Source: Phoronis australis (Eukaryota > Animalia > Phoronida). Taken from it: 64,000 nt of DNA. Shown here piece after piece: positions 1-13,790 of this stretch (position 1 is the first letter of the stretch; each line of letters opens with the position of its first letter). The DNA is taken from assembly GCA_002633005.1 (NCBI GenBank), contig NMRA01000014.1, positions 1,580,635 through 1,644,634 on the forward strand, written 5' to 3'. The translations under genes were made by a program, and so were the position numbers. A model generated the notes under the pieces. That model saw nothing but the letters and a program-made list of their open reading frames with translations, did no database searches and was not told the DNA's origin.

Positions 1-739
1 TTCCTGCAAGACAGGTGATCTTTAGAAAACATAGTTGGGGATAAAGAAAGACAAATTGCAGCAACGCAAACGCTGGCCTCCTTTCACACAGCTTGTGAAG
101 CAGGTCTCAAATAGCAACACAACTACGTTCCCTAAAATTTCAGCGCATTTGTGGATTTGTGCAAACACTGATAGGAATTTCTTCGGCTATTTCATCTTCT
201 TTGCTAAGTCAATTTTAGCTTTGATACCTACCGAGAGTAAACCCGTTGAAAAAGTGTAACGTCACTAATTTAAGGAACAAGTTTACTTATTCTGAGTTAA
301 TATTAGAAAATATAATAAAGATGATGTGACAGCAACAATTACATTAGAGAGTAAAAAGTCTACAAATGAGCTGTTAGGACTGGTTCTCGCAACCTACCTC
401 AGAGGTCCATTGAATAAAAAGTAATAGAAATTTCGTCTTACACATTTATTTCCGAAAAATAATGTAAATCTAAAGTGTAAAGTCTCTGAAGGCACACCCA
501 TTAGTCTTCCTGCTAGTTACTCAAATTTCTAAATTGCAATGTGCTAACAATTAAAAGACACACAGTTTATTAAGTAATTCGGCAGATTCCATTCCGGCGC
601 TACTCTCGTTTTTCAAACTATTTGTGGGTCAACTTATCAACATCCGGTGACATCACAGATAAGTTGGCGACGTGCGTAAACAATACGTTGGAAAACAACA
701 CTTGAGTGCCCCAGAAATGAAAGCACGGGTCCGCTATGA
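1..739. repeat. Copy 1 of a ~750-bp direct duplication flanking the assembly gap
   Basis: 1-739 aligns nearly base-for-base with 1558-2310 (scattered substitutions, one ~13-nt indel); copy 1 stops exactly at the N run. Confidence 0.9.
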
Positions 740-937
740 NNNNNNNNNNNNNNNNNNNNNNNNNNNNNNNNNNNNNNNNNNNNNNNNNNNNNNNNNNNNN
801 NNNNNNNNNNNNNNNNNNNNNNNNNNNNNNNNNNNNNNNNNNNNNNNNNNNNNNNNNNNNNNNNNNNNNNNNNNNNNNNNNNNNNNNNNNNNNNNNNNNN
901 NNNNNNNNNNNNNNNNNNNNNNNNNNNNNNNNNNNNN
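740..937. other. Assembly gap (198 N)
   Basis: Run of N characters. Confidence 1.
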
Positions 938-1557
938 ATCGATACACGCGAAACAACCAAACTTCAAAGTACCAGTAGGCATTGTAGCTGAAAAAATAAC
1001 AATTCTAGTCAGTAATAAAACACTGTCAAATACGTAACTAGGTAAAAATACAAGTTTGACAGAGCAGGCGACAAATATCACTATATTTTTGTTGTCATTA
1101 GTGTTCACCTGATGACCTATGACGTCATCCAAGTAGTTCCAACAGCATCAATATGAAGGAACTGGAGGTTTCTACCTGACACCAAGTGTTATTTATATCA
1201 CAGAAAAGTGAGGGATAAACAGGTTATTGAATGGTTCCGGGGTTATTAAACGTATTATGAGGAACTCGATGGTTTTTAGAAAAAAATGTGATCTTAGGCT
1301 TCGCCTTTGAGTGATATCTTTTCTAAAAGCCATCTCTTCCCTCATAACACGTTTGATAACGCCAGAATCATTTAATAACTTATATTTTTTCACATGAACT
1401 GGAATGTGTGTGATTAATTTGTGCAAGTTTTAAAGTTTTTCTCATTGTTGAAAGATGTCCCGCCTATTGTGCCTTCGCGATTCAACTCACCCCACTTTCC
1501 TTGAGTTAAATCAAAGCGACTTATACCCTCAGTGATGAACTCAGGTTTCACGCAGAT

Positions 1558-2310
1558 TTCCTGAAAGACAGGTGATCTTTAGAAAACATAGTTGGGGATA
1601 AAGAAAGACAAGTTGCAGCAACGCAAACGCTGGCCTCCTTTCACACAGCTTGTGAAGCAGGTCTCAAATAGCAAGTCAACTACGTTCCCTAAAATTTCAG
1701 CGCATTTGTGGATTTGTGCAAACACTGATAGGAATTTCTTCGGCTATTTCATCTTCTTTACTAAGTCAATTTTAGCTTTGATACCTACCGAGAGTAAACC
1801 CGTTGAATAAGTGTAACGTCACTAATTTAAGGAATAAGTTTACTTATTTTGAGGTAATATTAGAAAATGTAATAAAGATGATGTGACAGCAACAATTACA
1901 ATAGAGAGTAAAAAAGTCCATAAATGAGCTGTTTGGACTGTTTCTCGCAACCTACGTCAGGGGTCCATTTAATAAAAAGTAATTAGGGCTTAAGTCAGAA
2001 ATTTCGTCTTACACATCTATTTCCGAAAAATAATGTAAATCTAAAGTGTAAAGTCTCTGAAGGCACACCCATTAGTCTTCCTGCTAGTTACTCAAATTTC
2101 TAAATTGGAATGTGCTAACAATTAAATGACACAAAGTTTACTAAGTAATTCGGCAGATTCCATTCCGGCGCTACTCTCGTTTTTCAAACTATTTGTGGAT
2201 CAACTTATCAACATCCGGTGACATCACAGATGAGTTGGCGACGTGCGTAAACAATACGTTGGAAAACAACACTTGAGTGCCCCAGAAATGAAAGCACGGG
2301 TCCGCTATGA
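1558..2310. repeat. Copy 2 of the ~750-bp direct duplication
   Basis: Matches 1-739; near-identical spurious ORFs at 35-259 and 1592-1810. Confidence 0.9.
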
Positions 2311-4977
2311 CATGCTTGTTGGTGCGTGTGCGATTAAAATCGTCATGCAAATGAAAGGCTGAGGTGTGCGTCAAAATACATCGAATTAATAGATAGCCTA
2401 ATTACACGCAAAAAGCGATAATTGTCGCGTGACCGAGATCACTATGCTTGGAAAAATCTTGTTACTGCCGCCATTAACCCAAAAGAGCGCGCATGCTCGG
2501 TTGACGCAATTTTAGTTGTAGTACGCATGCTCGGCAGAGGAACCTACCCGGATTTTACAGTAAACCTCCGACGCAGCGCCCTTCTGTGACTACAAAAATT
2601 TTCATTGAGAAAGCATCAACTCCAGAAATTATAGTTGGTTAATGGCCACGTCAAGAATTTAAAGTGGGGCACAAGAATGGACAATTTACCGCTGTTTAGC
2701 TGACAATGTGAAATTGCTAGCCGAAACGCTTTGGGGACTAAAACCAGTACACTCAAGTCATCCGATCTAGAATCTAGAATTCTTGACGAATGAGTCGACA
2801 ACAAATATCCCAGATAATTCGCCACTTTCCTGCAATGTTAGGGTTGGTCGAACCTTATAAATTCTGAATTTTTTTGAGTTGCTGATGGTTTCGATTTTCT
2901 TGGTGGTAACGGGAACAAAATGCTAGGGTTATCAGGATAAGATAGTGTACTGTATTTCGTTCCATCAGTGTCCTTGTCCTAATGATTGTTGTGTGTCTCA
3001 ACACCGATGAGTAAAGGGCAGCCCATTGTTTATATTTATGATTTTGCCTGCAAAGAGGCTCCGACTTCCACCATGTTAGTGGGCGAAAGCTCGCCTCAGT
3101 GCTTACAAGTAAACAGGTGCTAAAATGGCAGCCATACATTGGTCAGTGCTAAAAACAAAGAATAATCAGACTATGTTCAAGTCACTTTTGATATAAAAAT
3201 CCAGTGGGAATTTTGACTAAATGATCACCCCTGTCTCCTTCACGCAAGCCACTGTTTGTGTGAGTAGAAACTTTTAATAGTGTAGCAGATAGCGCAGTCT
3301 TAATCTATAGTTAAGAACAATGTTATACTCGACATATTTGGAGAAGGTTTCCACTGTTCTATTTAAATCCGAAATAATTATTTGCTTTACAAATAGACCT
3401 TGCGTTCAAATACACTTTCACTTCGGTAACATAAAAGTCTACGTTGAACTCCAAACAAATGAACGTAGAATTGTTGGAAATAAAGAGGAGATAAAAATCC
3501 TGAAAGTAGAAGGAGTATCCCCTGCACAACAACTAACGGCAGTCGATCTTTGAGCTCGATGTTATGTCAACTGAACGATCAATGTTTTCTACATATTTCA
3601 ATCTATGCTTTTGCTCCATCTTCTATCACATTTCAAGGATTATTTAATCTTTTGCGCGAGATATTCTCGAGTCACGCGCCAACCGATCACGCTGAAGTTA
3701 AATCTCACCACTTAAAACCCACGTCCACGTTTTCTGTGATGTCATCGGATGGTTACAAGGACAACTATCCCACAATGCATTTTGAAAAAAAACGACAGCA
3801 GTGCTGTAGATAAACAGTTTCGCATTGCTATGAGCACTGTCAATAGATTATATATACGTAACATATTTCTCATTGGTTAACAAAAAAGAATAACATTCGG
3901 ACATTCCGATTGGTTGGAAAACAAACTCAATAATTCAATAACATTCCAATGTTGAGAATGTATCTGCAAATTGCACCTTCTATTGAGAAATGCTCTCGGG
4001 GCTTGCGGTTGTTGCAACCACAAAAACAGACTAAATTCATGCATTCCACACAAGTTCGTATCTTTTCGGCACACACAAGATTACAAGGCGTCAAACGAAA
4101 CAACAAAACGATTCACTATACTTTACCGGCTCATTCCCATCCCACATGCATACGACAAACATTCAAACCGAGGCTTGCGCACTCGGCTGATGCCCACATA
4201 CGTAATTCTGGGTGTCATTCACTGTCATTTCACGGCAGTCAACATCATTTATGGAATTTACTGTTTGGGAAAAACTGGTTTACCAAATTACAATCTTCAT
4301 CGTAATAGACAATTTACGGGTTTCTAACATTTACAGAAAAGTGGGGCGAAATCGTCATCTTGTAGCGTAGCCATGTAGGCGGAAAACCAATGTGAGGTCC
4401 AACAAACCTCAGGCAAATTCCTGCAGTTCAGTAGGCCTAACAGATTAGCACCTGGCAATAAGAAGTGGGACAAAAATAACTTTTTATCTCCTAAAAGGTC
4501 TACCACTTAAACAACAAAATTTGCGGGATATTTTGATTATAATTAGCAAAATCAGGACTTTTAGTACATCTTTGTTGACGCATACGTGGAAATCGGATAG
4601 AATTGAACCCTTGACATGTTGAATTTTCTCAAGTATGGGCTTTCCTGCATGTTGAGGTGCATGCGCACAAATACCGTCGGCGTCTGGTCAAGGAAGTCTG
4701 ATGAGAGTCAATGTATTCCTTAATTGGGGTGTGGTTAGTGGGCCCTCACACACGTACCAAAAGTTATTCCTATCCGAAGACCAAATTCCTCACCTGCACC
4801 CATGTTTCACGTGTGGAGTATTTTTGATGCGTGTGTGCAATTAGAGGCGTAAGGATGGAATATGTACCGCAGATTTGGGACAGGGGTTTATGGAATTGAA
4901 ACCAGGATTTAGAGGCGCGGTCTTGGAATCGTTTCCACCTCCTTACCATGCAAAACGACAAGTCACTTCATACTTAC

Positions 4978-5148
4978 TGCTGGTCTCTTCCATTCAATGT
5001 CAGTGTCGCTGCCGTCGGCGTAGATTGACCAGCGGCTAGGCAGAAAGTGCGGGTCTTCATACAATCTGCCTTGAATAAGTAATCTTTCTCGCAGTTCTTT
5101 GAAGGTCGTCATTACCGGAGACTTGAGTCTGATGTTATGTTGCAACAT
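4978..5148 (-). CDS. First coding exon of a calpain-family cysteine protease (start of the CysPc domain); the rest of the gene probably lies left of the window
   Basis: Translation ...MTTFKELRERLLIQGRLYEDPHFLPSRWSIYADGSDTDIEWKRPA matches the calpain N-terminal pattern (F..LR..L...G.L[FY]EDP.F.......I.WKRP). It is followed immediately by a phase-0 GTAAGT donor (4977-4972), the usual calpain intron position after WKRPx. Start is ATG 5148 or 5112; in-frame stop upstream at 5164-5166; candidate acceptor tttacag at 5325. Confidence 0.78.
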
Positions 5149-6605
5149 CACTAGGTATGTGTTCTATTTTTATCTGCAGACATAGATTATCTTCTAAGGT
5201 TAACAGACGTTCTATCCATTTTTTACCGAAATAATTACGAGTTATGTGTCCCAGAATGATTTTCCGGAGTCGTCAAAGGGTCACTAGCATCGCCGGCTAT
5301 CGTGGCTCCAGGCGTTTCGAAAACCTGTAAACAGGCTGTGTTTGTAAGTTAAATGCTCTCTCGAAACAATGTTGGTTATAAGTGTGCAAAGGAAATATAC
5401 ACATGGAGACTCCCAGACATTTTGGCAGACTCCGCCTCACTACTTGCCATCATCGTCAGTATTTTTTAACTTTAAAGACACCTTTTCCGCTTCATTTTCA
5501 ATAAAAGCTTCATGAAAGGGATTTTAACGCAAGTACGTCCAAGCGAAACTTAAGCCCAAAAAATGTTCATTTGGCATACAACTCCAAATATTTTCAAACT
5601 AAACTGGATTTAATATTGAATACTTTAGTTAACATTTTATTCTTGATGGTGCAGACCTAAAATGGCTGCCGTAGTGAGTGACAGCTGATTCGTGCATTGC
5701 GAGTTTTTCTTGGAAGCCTCACCCACTTTTTAAAAGCAGCAAAAATCAACAATAAAAAGGGCAAACACAAACGGAATTTGAAAGTTGCTAAATGTCCGTA
5801 ATTTAACTGCCGAAACTCAAAATGCGTTCTAAATTGGTGAATGTAAAATAAACAATAAACTTCCATTGAATTTGAGACGAAATAAATCCTGGAAAATAGC
5901 GTAATAATATTGTCATACAAAAGCATGAACAGCCTGGCACATTCAAATTTATGACTATTAGAAAATTGACATATCGGAAATTTATTCGGCTATTTTTTAA
6001 AGTGACAAAAAATGGCGACAAAATCTTTTTGAAATCAGTCCCTAGGCGGATTCTGATTCACGACCTCCATCACCGGTCGCAGTCCAACGCTTGTCAGCTA
6101 CCTAAAGAATTATTAAGCACCGTACTCTTCAAGTTTCCTGGTTCCAACGTTCGCTAGACCACAATCCACTCTGTGGGAATGCTTAAATGTCTACGTAGAA
6201 AACCAGCAAACAACATCTGTACAAAACGATAGCGTTCATATACAGATTGTTGCCATACCAGCTAACATGTTAGGTAATGTAATGGCTGTCATAGCAAACA
6301 CAGCAAATGCCTGACTGTTCACGCGCCAGAGGCGTACATTTGAAGAATGTAATTTTCGAACGCCTGGTGATTAAAAACGCCGACGCCTTGGCTATGCTGA
6401 AAATAGCGCAAAATTGAAATTATCGTGAAATGATCACCAGTTTACAATGTGACGTGACACAAAAAATATTCCAATCTGGATCCCCATGGGGGTGAAGAGA
6501 GACACACAAAATTCGAATACGAGTGTTGTGTCAAAATGACTTCCGCAAACGTGCAATGTTGACCAAAATCGCGATGCCTCATTCTGAATAAAACATTAAG
6601 ATCAA

Positions 6606-7224
6606 GGGCCCGGTCCAAGAAATTGACTTATAATAAGTTCAATTTTTGATTTATTAAGTTTAAGATTTGTCTTAAGTTTTTGACTTAAGAAAAATCTTAT
6701 TATTTTGCGTTCCAAGACTGACTTAAGTTTTTGTCTTAACTTTAAGTCAACTCTCACCTTCATGTAACCTTGGTACAAAGCTGTATAATAAATATTTTGA
6801 CGACAGTCTTCATACAGCTAGCTGGCTGGCTAACTTTCATGATGAGTGAGTTTAAACTTGACGCTATTTGAAGCCAAGCGTCTCGCTTGGCCCTTTGTGT
6901 GACTGAGCTGGAAAATTTTGACGATAGAATGTCATTGTATTCGGCCACACCAGCAACCAAGCGAGATAGCTCGGCTGTAAAAAAGTTTGGCTTTCGTTTA
7001 TCCATGTCTGCTGCGAAAGCGTTTCTTTCTCCACCTCCAAGTTTTGAAACTTCCACATCCGGTAAGTTACGTCAAACTTAAGATAAAACTTCTGTCAAAA
7101 ATTTAAGACGAACTTAAGATCACTTTCTAGGAACAGACTTAAGACAAACTTAAGATTTGTCTTAAAATTTACTTAAGTTTATTACGATTTGTCATAGTTA
7201 AGACAGCTTTCTTGGAACGGGTCC
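6606..7224 (-). mobile_element. Non-autonomous PIF/Harbinger derivative retaining a Myb/SANT-like (Harbinger ORF1-type) fragment
   Basis: TIRs GGGCCCGGTCCAAGAAA / TTTCTTGGAACGGGTCC, flanks CAA/CAG, many CTTAAG subterminal repeats. Internal minus ORF MDKRKPNFFTAELSRLVAGVAEYNDILSSKFSSSVTQRAKRDAWLQIASSLNS fits the Myb_DNA-bind_5 pattern. Confidence 0.85.
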
Positions 7225-7895
7225 CAGGACACCAAATTGTCCACAGAATGACATGAATTATGTACAGCTGAAGAGGACTTTTTAAAATGGATTATATTTT
7301 TCTTCGTGATTTTTCATTTATCACTAAATCGTGTCAGCCCAGAACTTAAATGCTGGTATTTTGAAAGACACTGCCATCGCACACGTTTAACTGCCTTGGT
7401 AGACATGGTTGGTATATCCTTGTCACTAAGTTCGGAAGACTCTACCTATCCTATCAAACTTCTGGATGGTTAAAAAATTTTGTATTGCAATCAGGACCAT
7501 CAAAACAGTTATTCGTCTAATGGGGGTCTCTCCTCGAGGAGTCTCACAGGAATCCCGCGGCTGACCTGTAGCCCAGAGTACGTGCCGTAGACGCAACAGA
7601 CTTGGGATTTGGGAAGCACTTCTGGATAGAAACCTTCGCTTTTTGTCCCCTAATTCAAGCCTCGCTGATCAATCACTTAAATGCCCACCATTTTGCTTGT
7701 GCACCGGATTCAGCATCTACTACAACGCCACCTGACAATAATGCTGACCGTCAGCAGAACTACGGCGTTATGTGGGCATCAGTGCGCATATCCCAGTATA
7801 GATACTCTCTTAGTTGTAAAAATGTGGTGAGGAAACGAACAGGAAAAGTATGATAAACGTGTTTTTTTTTTAATAGAGCCAAATAGTGCGCAACT

Positions 7896-8400
7896 TATAC
7901 AAGGCCTCCTCAAGTTTAAGTCTATAGTCTATCCTCGCACAGTGCCGAGTATTCTGACATGCATTCTGGATGATCATGCAGATGTTTGAAGAAGTTAGAC
8001 CCTCTGTTAGACACATGCTCAGATTTACGTGTATTCAGATGTAGACGAGTTTTGCCAACATGATAAAAGGCACCACAGCCTGAACAGAAGAATTCATACA
8101 CTACATGCGACCGTGTGTGAATTCTGAATCCTGGACAGTGCGAGAACAAACTTAAACTTAAGGAGGCCTTGTATATTCATTGTATATAACCACTACTCCT
8201 GAATGTGGAAGTGCGGCACCACCTTGGTCTTACATTGTTTTGAGGTTATTGTCTCGAGCAGCGGCTTGTTTACCCTTGTGTTATTGACCTATCATGTCTC
8301 ATATCTGCATGACCTTTTGCTTGTTACTTTGACGTTTATGTCATGCTGGTTCTCGTACCTTTGAGAATGAGCAATGTACCTCGAAACATGTCAGGGAAAC
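7896..8400. mobile_element. Penelope-like retroelement remnant: inverted GIY-YIG fragment joined to a sense 3' end
   Basis: Minus strand: RSHVVYEFFCSGCGAFYHVGKTRLHLNTRKSEH...FKHL...LKLEEALY. Plus strand from ~8120: ILDSA...LKLKEALYIH... ending near 8243. 26-bp inverted repeat 7896-7921 / 8150-8175. Confidence 0.85.
8358..8395 (+). ncRNA. Minimal type I hammerhead-ribozyme-like motif (U3-A8 variant) in the Penelope 3' region
   Basis: cct-TTGAGAA-t-GAG-caatgtac-CTC-GAAA-CATGT-C-agg: core with U3:A8 in place of C3:G8, helix II GAG/CTC, palindromic helix III ACATGT, GUC cleavage triplet, 3-bp helix I cct/agg. Confidence 0.55.
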
Positions 8401-11400
8401 TGAAGTTGTGTACTATTTGGCTATTTATTGAATGTTTGACTGTGCTTCTGCTGAACAATCCACGAATTAATGCGGCACCTGCAAGCCACATAGGAATTTC
8501 TCTACAGATGGAGCAGTATACTGTTGTATTTCTAACATCAACCAATCAGAATGTGCGTACATTTTTTAACTAATTGGAATGTCCGACTGTCACTTCTTTA
8601 GTGATGATCCACGAATACTTTCCTTGGTAACAATGTCGACGCCATGACACCAGAGTTGAGCGTTTTCCTGTTGTATGGGGTGGGTAAAACACGAATCAGT
8701 TTTACAACCATCTGTAACACATTTCTTCACGCAAGAGTTAAATAAATTAATATAACTCCTCTTCTGTTGTACACTCCATCAGCGCTCACTTCAACAGTAC
8801 TTATGCCATACATGTTTGAACAATTCTCCGTTTTCCATCTCGCTTCCTTTTATCTCAATTTCATGGACGGAAAAAATCGTTGCTGACCAGTAGATGTTCA
8901 TTTTTAGAACACAACGGATTCATAGACGAAAAAGTTGCTCCTGAATTCGATTCTTTTTTTGGAATAGTGTTTCCGGTTTTCTTGTCCGATGTTAAGCAAT
9001 CGTAGCACCAAGACAGGGCGCGTATGTGATTAAATTCCCAATCATACAGGCGAAACCCATTTTGAGCCCGTGGAGTGGGGTTTGACTGAACATCTGGCGA
9101 CCAGTGCCAATTGGTCCAGTAAGGCTTACATTACAATCCTTACACACAAGCAAAACACGTTTTTCCCAAAACATTAAAGTGAACTTAACATTGACATCTA
9201 AGATTTTTTGTTAGCGGTAGCACCTTTTCTTGTCGCTACTTGTACCTCTTTTTGCTCGACGAAGTAAGAAACTTGAATAGAATCCCCCCTCACTTATTAC
9301 TTTCGATTTCTGTCACTTGACTTCCCATAGGTGTACGATATCTCTAGGAGGCACTGTACAGTTCTCACTGTGTTTTTGCTGGTGATGCACTGGACTTCCT
9401 GCCTTTCCCTACTCTATCAAAAACTCTACGAACAAACTGAAAAATCACAACAAAAGGGTTACACTTGACCATGAAAACTTTATTTTGTCTTGTATTTTTT
9501 ACACTTTCACTTCCACAGGAAATAATGCCATGCTTCAAAACTGTAACAACAAACGTAAAAGTGCAACTTTTTACTCCGCCACAAACCACGATTTCCTTAT
9601 GAAAGCAAATTTTTGCTGACTATGCACATTTGGTTCAAAGAGTCAGTCAGCCAACTGAATGTTTTTACAGTTCCAGGTCTACCAGAAATTGCAGTTGATT
9701 TTTCAGTCGCTGCACTGAAATTCAACACTGCCACAGGGAGCCGTCATTTTGAAGGAACAGCCTAACTATTGGAAGGATGGGAGCGAGGGNAGGAAGAGAA
9801 GGAATGAGGAAGGGAGGGAGATGGTTCCCTGTCTGGCAGAATGAGTAAATCAGGGGCATTTTTGTAAGTAAATGGTTCTAGTGACACTTGTAAAGTCTTC
9901 GTCGGTTGGACCTCTGGTCATCCATCGATGGGTCTCTGTGATTGCCACGCTTGAACCGGCTCAAGATTGTCAAGTAAACTGCAGACTTCAATGGACAATA
10001 GCAGACCTGGGTCACGTTCAATACCTGTCTCACTACGAAAAATATGTAGCCAGAATCACATCACAAACTCTCATTGAAAATACCCGGCGATATGTTCCTT
10101 TTCTGGCGAGTCACTAAAGCGTTATTGAAACTCGACCATGATTGGCGTAAATGGATACCGCCATATTTTTCTTTTCGCTGTCACAAAACCATAATGTCCT
10201 TTTGGAATTATTTTTCAATAATTAGTAGTTCAAAGTATTGTAAATAAAATTATATTCACTTAACATTCTTTTCGTAAAGATTTGTAGTAACTACCGAAGC
10301 ACGAAACTGCTCCAAAATAAGGTCAAGTCAGCTGGAATTTTCACAAGACATACGTTGATTCTTACTGCAATGTATAAGTCGCTCACTTCCCGAGAGACCT
10401 CACATTCACTTGTACACATGGATGAGAGCGGTGCTATGACTTTTGTGTGCAACAGCGACTGTGGTGTACAGCAATGTTCGTCAAAACGGTTAAGGTGGGG
10501 TTGGATTTTATTGGTGAAAAATCAACTTTAAGTAATTTCGAAATGTCTTAGATGAATTAAAATTTACCTAAGACATTTGTACAACAATGCATTCAACTGG
10601 GGTCAATCTGAGTAAATGCCTCTATAGTCAACGACGGCAGAATTGACGTGACTTCATACGGTAGGATTGACGGCTGTTCACAGTGTGATTGTGGAGCAGT
10701 GGTCCCATTTGCAGCGCCCTTCAGGCGTTAGTCGTTTGCGAGTGCGCATCTCTGGTTTTAGTACCACCAAGAACTTTTTCAACCATTCCAGAATTTACGC
10801 CACACAGCCCTTTTATCTGAATATTGCAACTTTCGCCGGAATCGGAGGTCGGGAAATTCTACTCCAGCCATCTTATTTTCAAATGTCGAGAATTTCTAAT
10901 GCACCGCGCTCCACTTTTATCGAAATTTGAGCAGACTGCTAACATTTTGTGAGTTGTACTATGACGTAAAATCCCAAATCTGCATGCAACAGTTATAGTG
11001 TTTTGTAACCTTACCTAAACGAAGCTTTCAGGTAAGAACTGCTTCGTGAAATGATTTTACAAATAAATTTCTAATGGCGTGATTGTCGACAAACGATTTC
11101 AAGTACGTGTTTATCCTAACGGATGGAAAATCGTAGCTAGAAAACGCTGGTGAAAACATAGATTGGGTTGCGCAGACGCAAAGCACTTGGGAGTTAAACG
11201 AAGTCACGCAAGTCTAAGTAAAATAATGCGTCTGAAAGGCAAGTGTTTCTCGAGTCTTGAGATGTTAGGACTAAGACCACAGATCGAGTGACCGAATTCG
11301 TCAAAATCACCAACTGATGGTTCAACAAAAGCCCTTGCTACCACGTGTTCTGGAATGCATAAGTTGTAGAATGTACCGTCGATGAAGTTTTTCATGGAAC

Positions 11401-13416
11401 AAAACTTTTTGCCTCGGTGTGACCACCAAAAATCAAGATGCCAAAAGTGACCAAAAATTGCGAATTTTGCATTTCTCTCCAAAATCTCAATTTCACGGCT
11501 GTTCTGGTTCGAGAGCGGAGACAAGTTTCCAAACGCACTTGACGTTAGGATAAAATGTGTCATTACCAAGCAGAGTTTTTCCAATTTCCATTTGTCTGAA
11601 GGGTGTACCGGTATTTGCAGTTCAACTTTCGGTCTAAAGAAGGAAGTGGTTTCAAAATGGCGCCACTTCCAGATCCGGCTAAAACAAAGTAGAACCTACT
11701 TGAGATGGTGTGGGGGGAACTTTTTACTCCAAACATTTTTGGAAAACTCACGAGGACCATTCGCGGCAATAGCTCACCATTTAGTCCACATAATTACCAG
11801 AAACCTTGGCCCGCCCCATATTTTTGTTGGAGCTAATAAGGCCCGAACCGTGGTTTTAGGCCTTCCAGTATATCCTAGCAAAATGGCGGCACCGAAATGA
11901 TTGATAAGCGAGGTTGAAATGTAAAATTGGAAGATAAATTTCGTTGTTTAAAGTCTATATACGACGATTTCTAGCCGCACATTCCTCACGAGTGCCAAAC
12001 CTTTTGAACCTTTAATTTGATGGTATTATAATTAACTTGAATACCCAAAAACTTCCACCTTTTTTAACAGAAAAGTCAAAATTCGCACAAATATTTTAAA
12101 TACTTTAGTTGATGCTCGTGGTTTTCAAAGTTTGTTTTGAAAACTACGCAGAGTACCCAAAGTAACTTCCTCTTCCTGGACAAAAGGTAAAGGACCTCTC
12201 GTCACACACGTATATATGACATAAACTTTAGACAACGCCCAACAGTTGGCGTCAGTGTGCCTTTTCGTATTTCATTGTCATGAGGAAATGAAAGGGTTAA
12301 GAACAACTTGATACCTCCGAATCAAAAGTTGCAAAATGACAAATTTTTGAAATCATTGGAGTAATTCAATAGGAACCAAACAACAGGATTCTCTTAATTT
12401 CAGGAAATGTGAAATGGTCACAAAGGTGCAAAGCACTCCAAGCAATGCTGTTGTCGAAGGCAAGGAACAAGCAAGTGAACGCACGCGCTTAACGGAGTTC
12501 AAACTGAGGTCATTAGGATTTGCTTAGCAATTGTTTCTGACTTTTTGGAGCCCAGAAAATTTCGATACACGATTTTTGTTAGAGAATGCAAGGACACGTG
12601 AAATAGGGTGTTTTTCATAATCCGGATCAAACATCATAATTCGTTTCGATTTCCGGTTTATTTTAATTTTATACGTATTATTCTTCCACCAACTTCAAGA
12701 GACCAAGAACAGAACTTATCAGACAAAATTAACCGTCACAATCTCCTTGAAGTTAACCTTAAAGTATGTCAGGTCGCCAAAAACCGACTTTCACCATCCG
12801 ACGCAACATTCTAAGACAGTTGTGGTAAGTTTCCCATGTCAAGATCTGCAAATATGTACGCCATTTTCCAATTATAGGTTTCGAACCCTCTCAAACTGGT
12901 ATTACATTATCCGCCTTGAATTATCTCTCTCGATCTATAGCATATGCATATTTTTCTTCCTCAACGTGAAAGTTATGATTAAATTTAAATAACTGAGGGC
13001 TAGGCCAACGTCATCTTTTTATTAATTCAGATGAATGTTCCTAGATTCAACGGTCTGCCACTCTGGACAAAGATAGTAGAGTTACATGTAGAGTCTTTGG
13101 GAAAGAACAATGAGAAGCCAAACTGGACACCTCTGGTTGGTTATCGAATTGTCTTTCGTAAAACACGACTGGTCAGTAATTGTAAAAGTAAGGACGGACT
13201 GAATCAGCAATAAGGACCGCACTAATGAGATACTGTTTTCACATTTTGTATAACGACATAATGTATTTACTTTTCCAACAATATATGTATTTACTCTACT
13301 CAGCTATGCAAGTTTCTGATGGGTAATAAGCTAGCAAGACGGAATCCATAAAAATTTATTGATGTGTAGTTTTTCAAAAACACAGATTTTTGGGACAACA
13401 TCCTTCAAACGTATTT

Positions 13417-13790
13417 GACACACTCCACATATACGGGTAAAGTAATTTATTGTATCCCTGACCATGCCCGTATTTTTGTAATGATTAATTTACACTTTGA
13501 ATGAGAACAATTCAATTTAAGGAGGTTAATCTCTAACATGTAAACCATGGCGCTGGGACATGTAAACACAACAATAGAATGCCACATTTGTTCCTAGAAC
13601 ATTGGTTGTTGATACACCCGACATATACGGGTAAGTAGTAAATTACATCCACGGCTATGCCCGTATTTTTGGAATAATTAATTTACACTTCGAATGAGAA
13701 CATAATTCAGTATAAGGACATGTCAGTTACGCGCAAGAACATGTAAATACAGCAATAGACCGCCATATTTGTCCCTCGAAGATTGGTTGA
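13417..13790. repeat. Diverged tandem duplication, two units of ~180-195 bp
   Basis: Units start near 13417 and 13611 and share catatacgggtaa...atgcccgtattttt...attaatttacactt.gaatgagaaca...catgtaaa.ac..caataga..gcca.atttgt...attggttg. Confidence 0.85.

Noticed and set aside
10490-12070. Possible large TTAA-flanked DNA transposon including ORF 11204-11584
   Set aside because: Terminal match limited to GGTGG/CCACC and the ORF has no recognisable domain.
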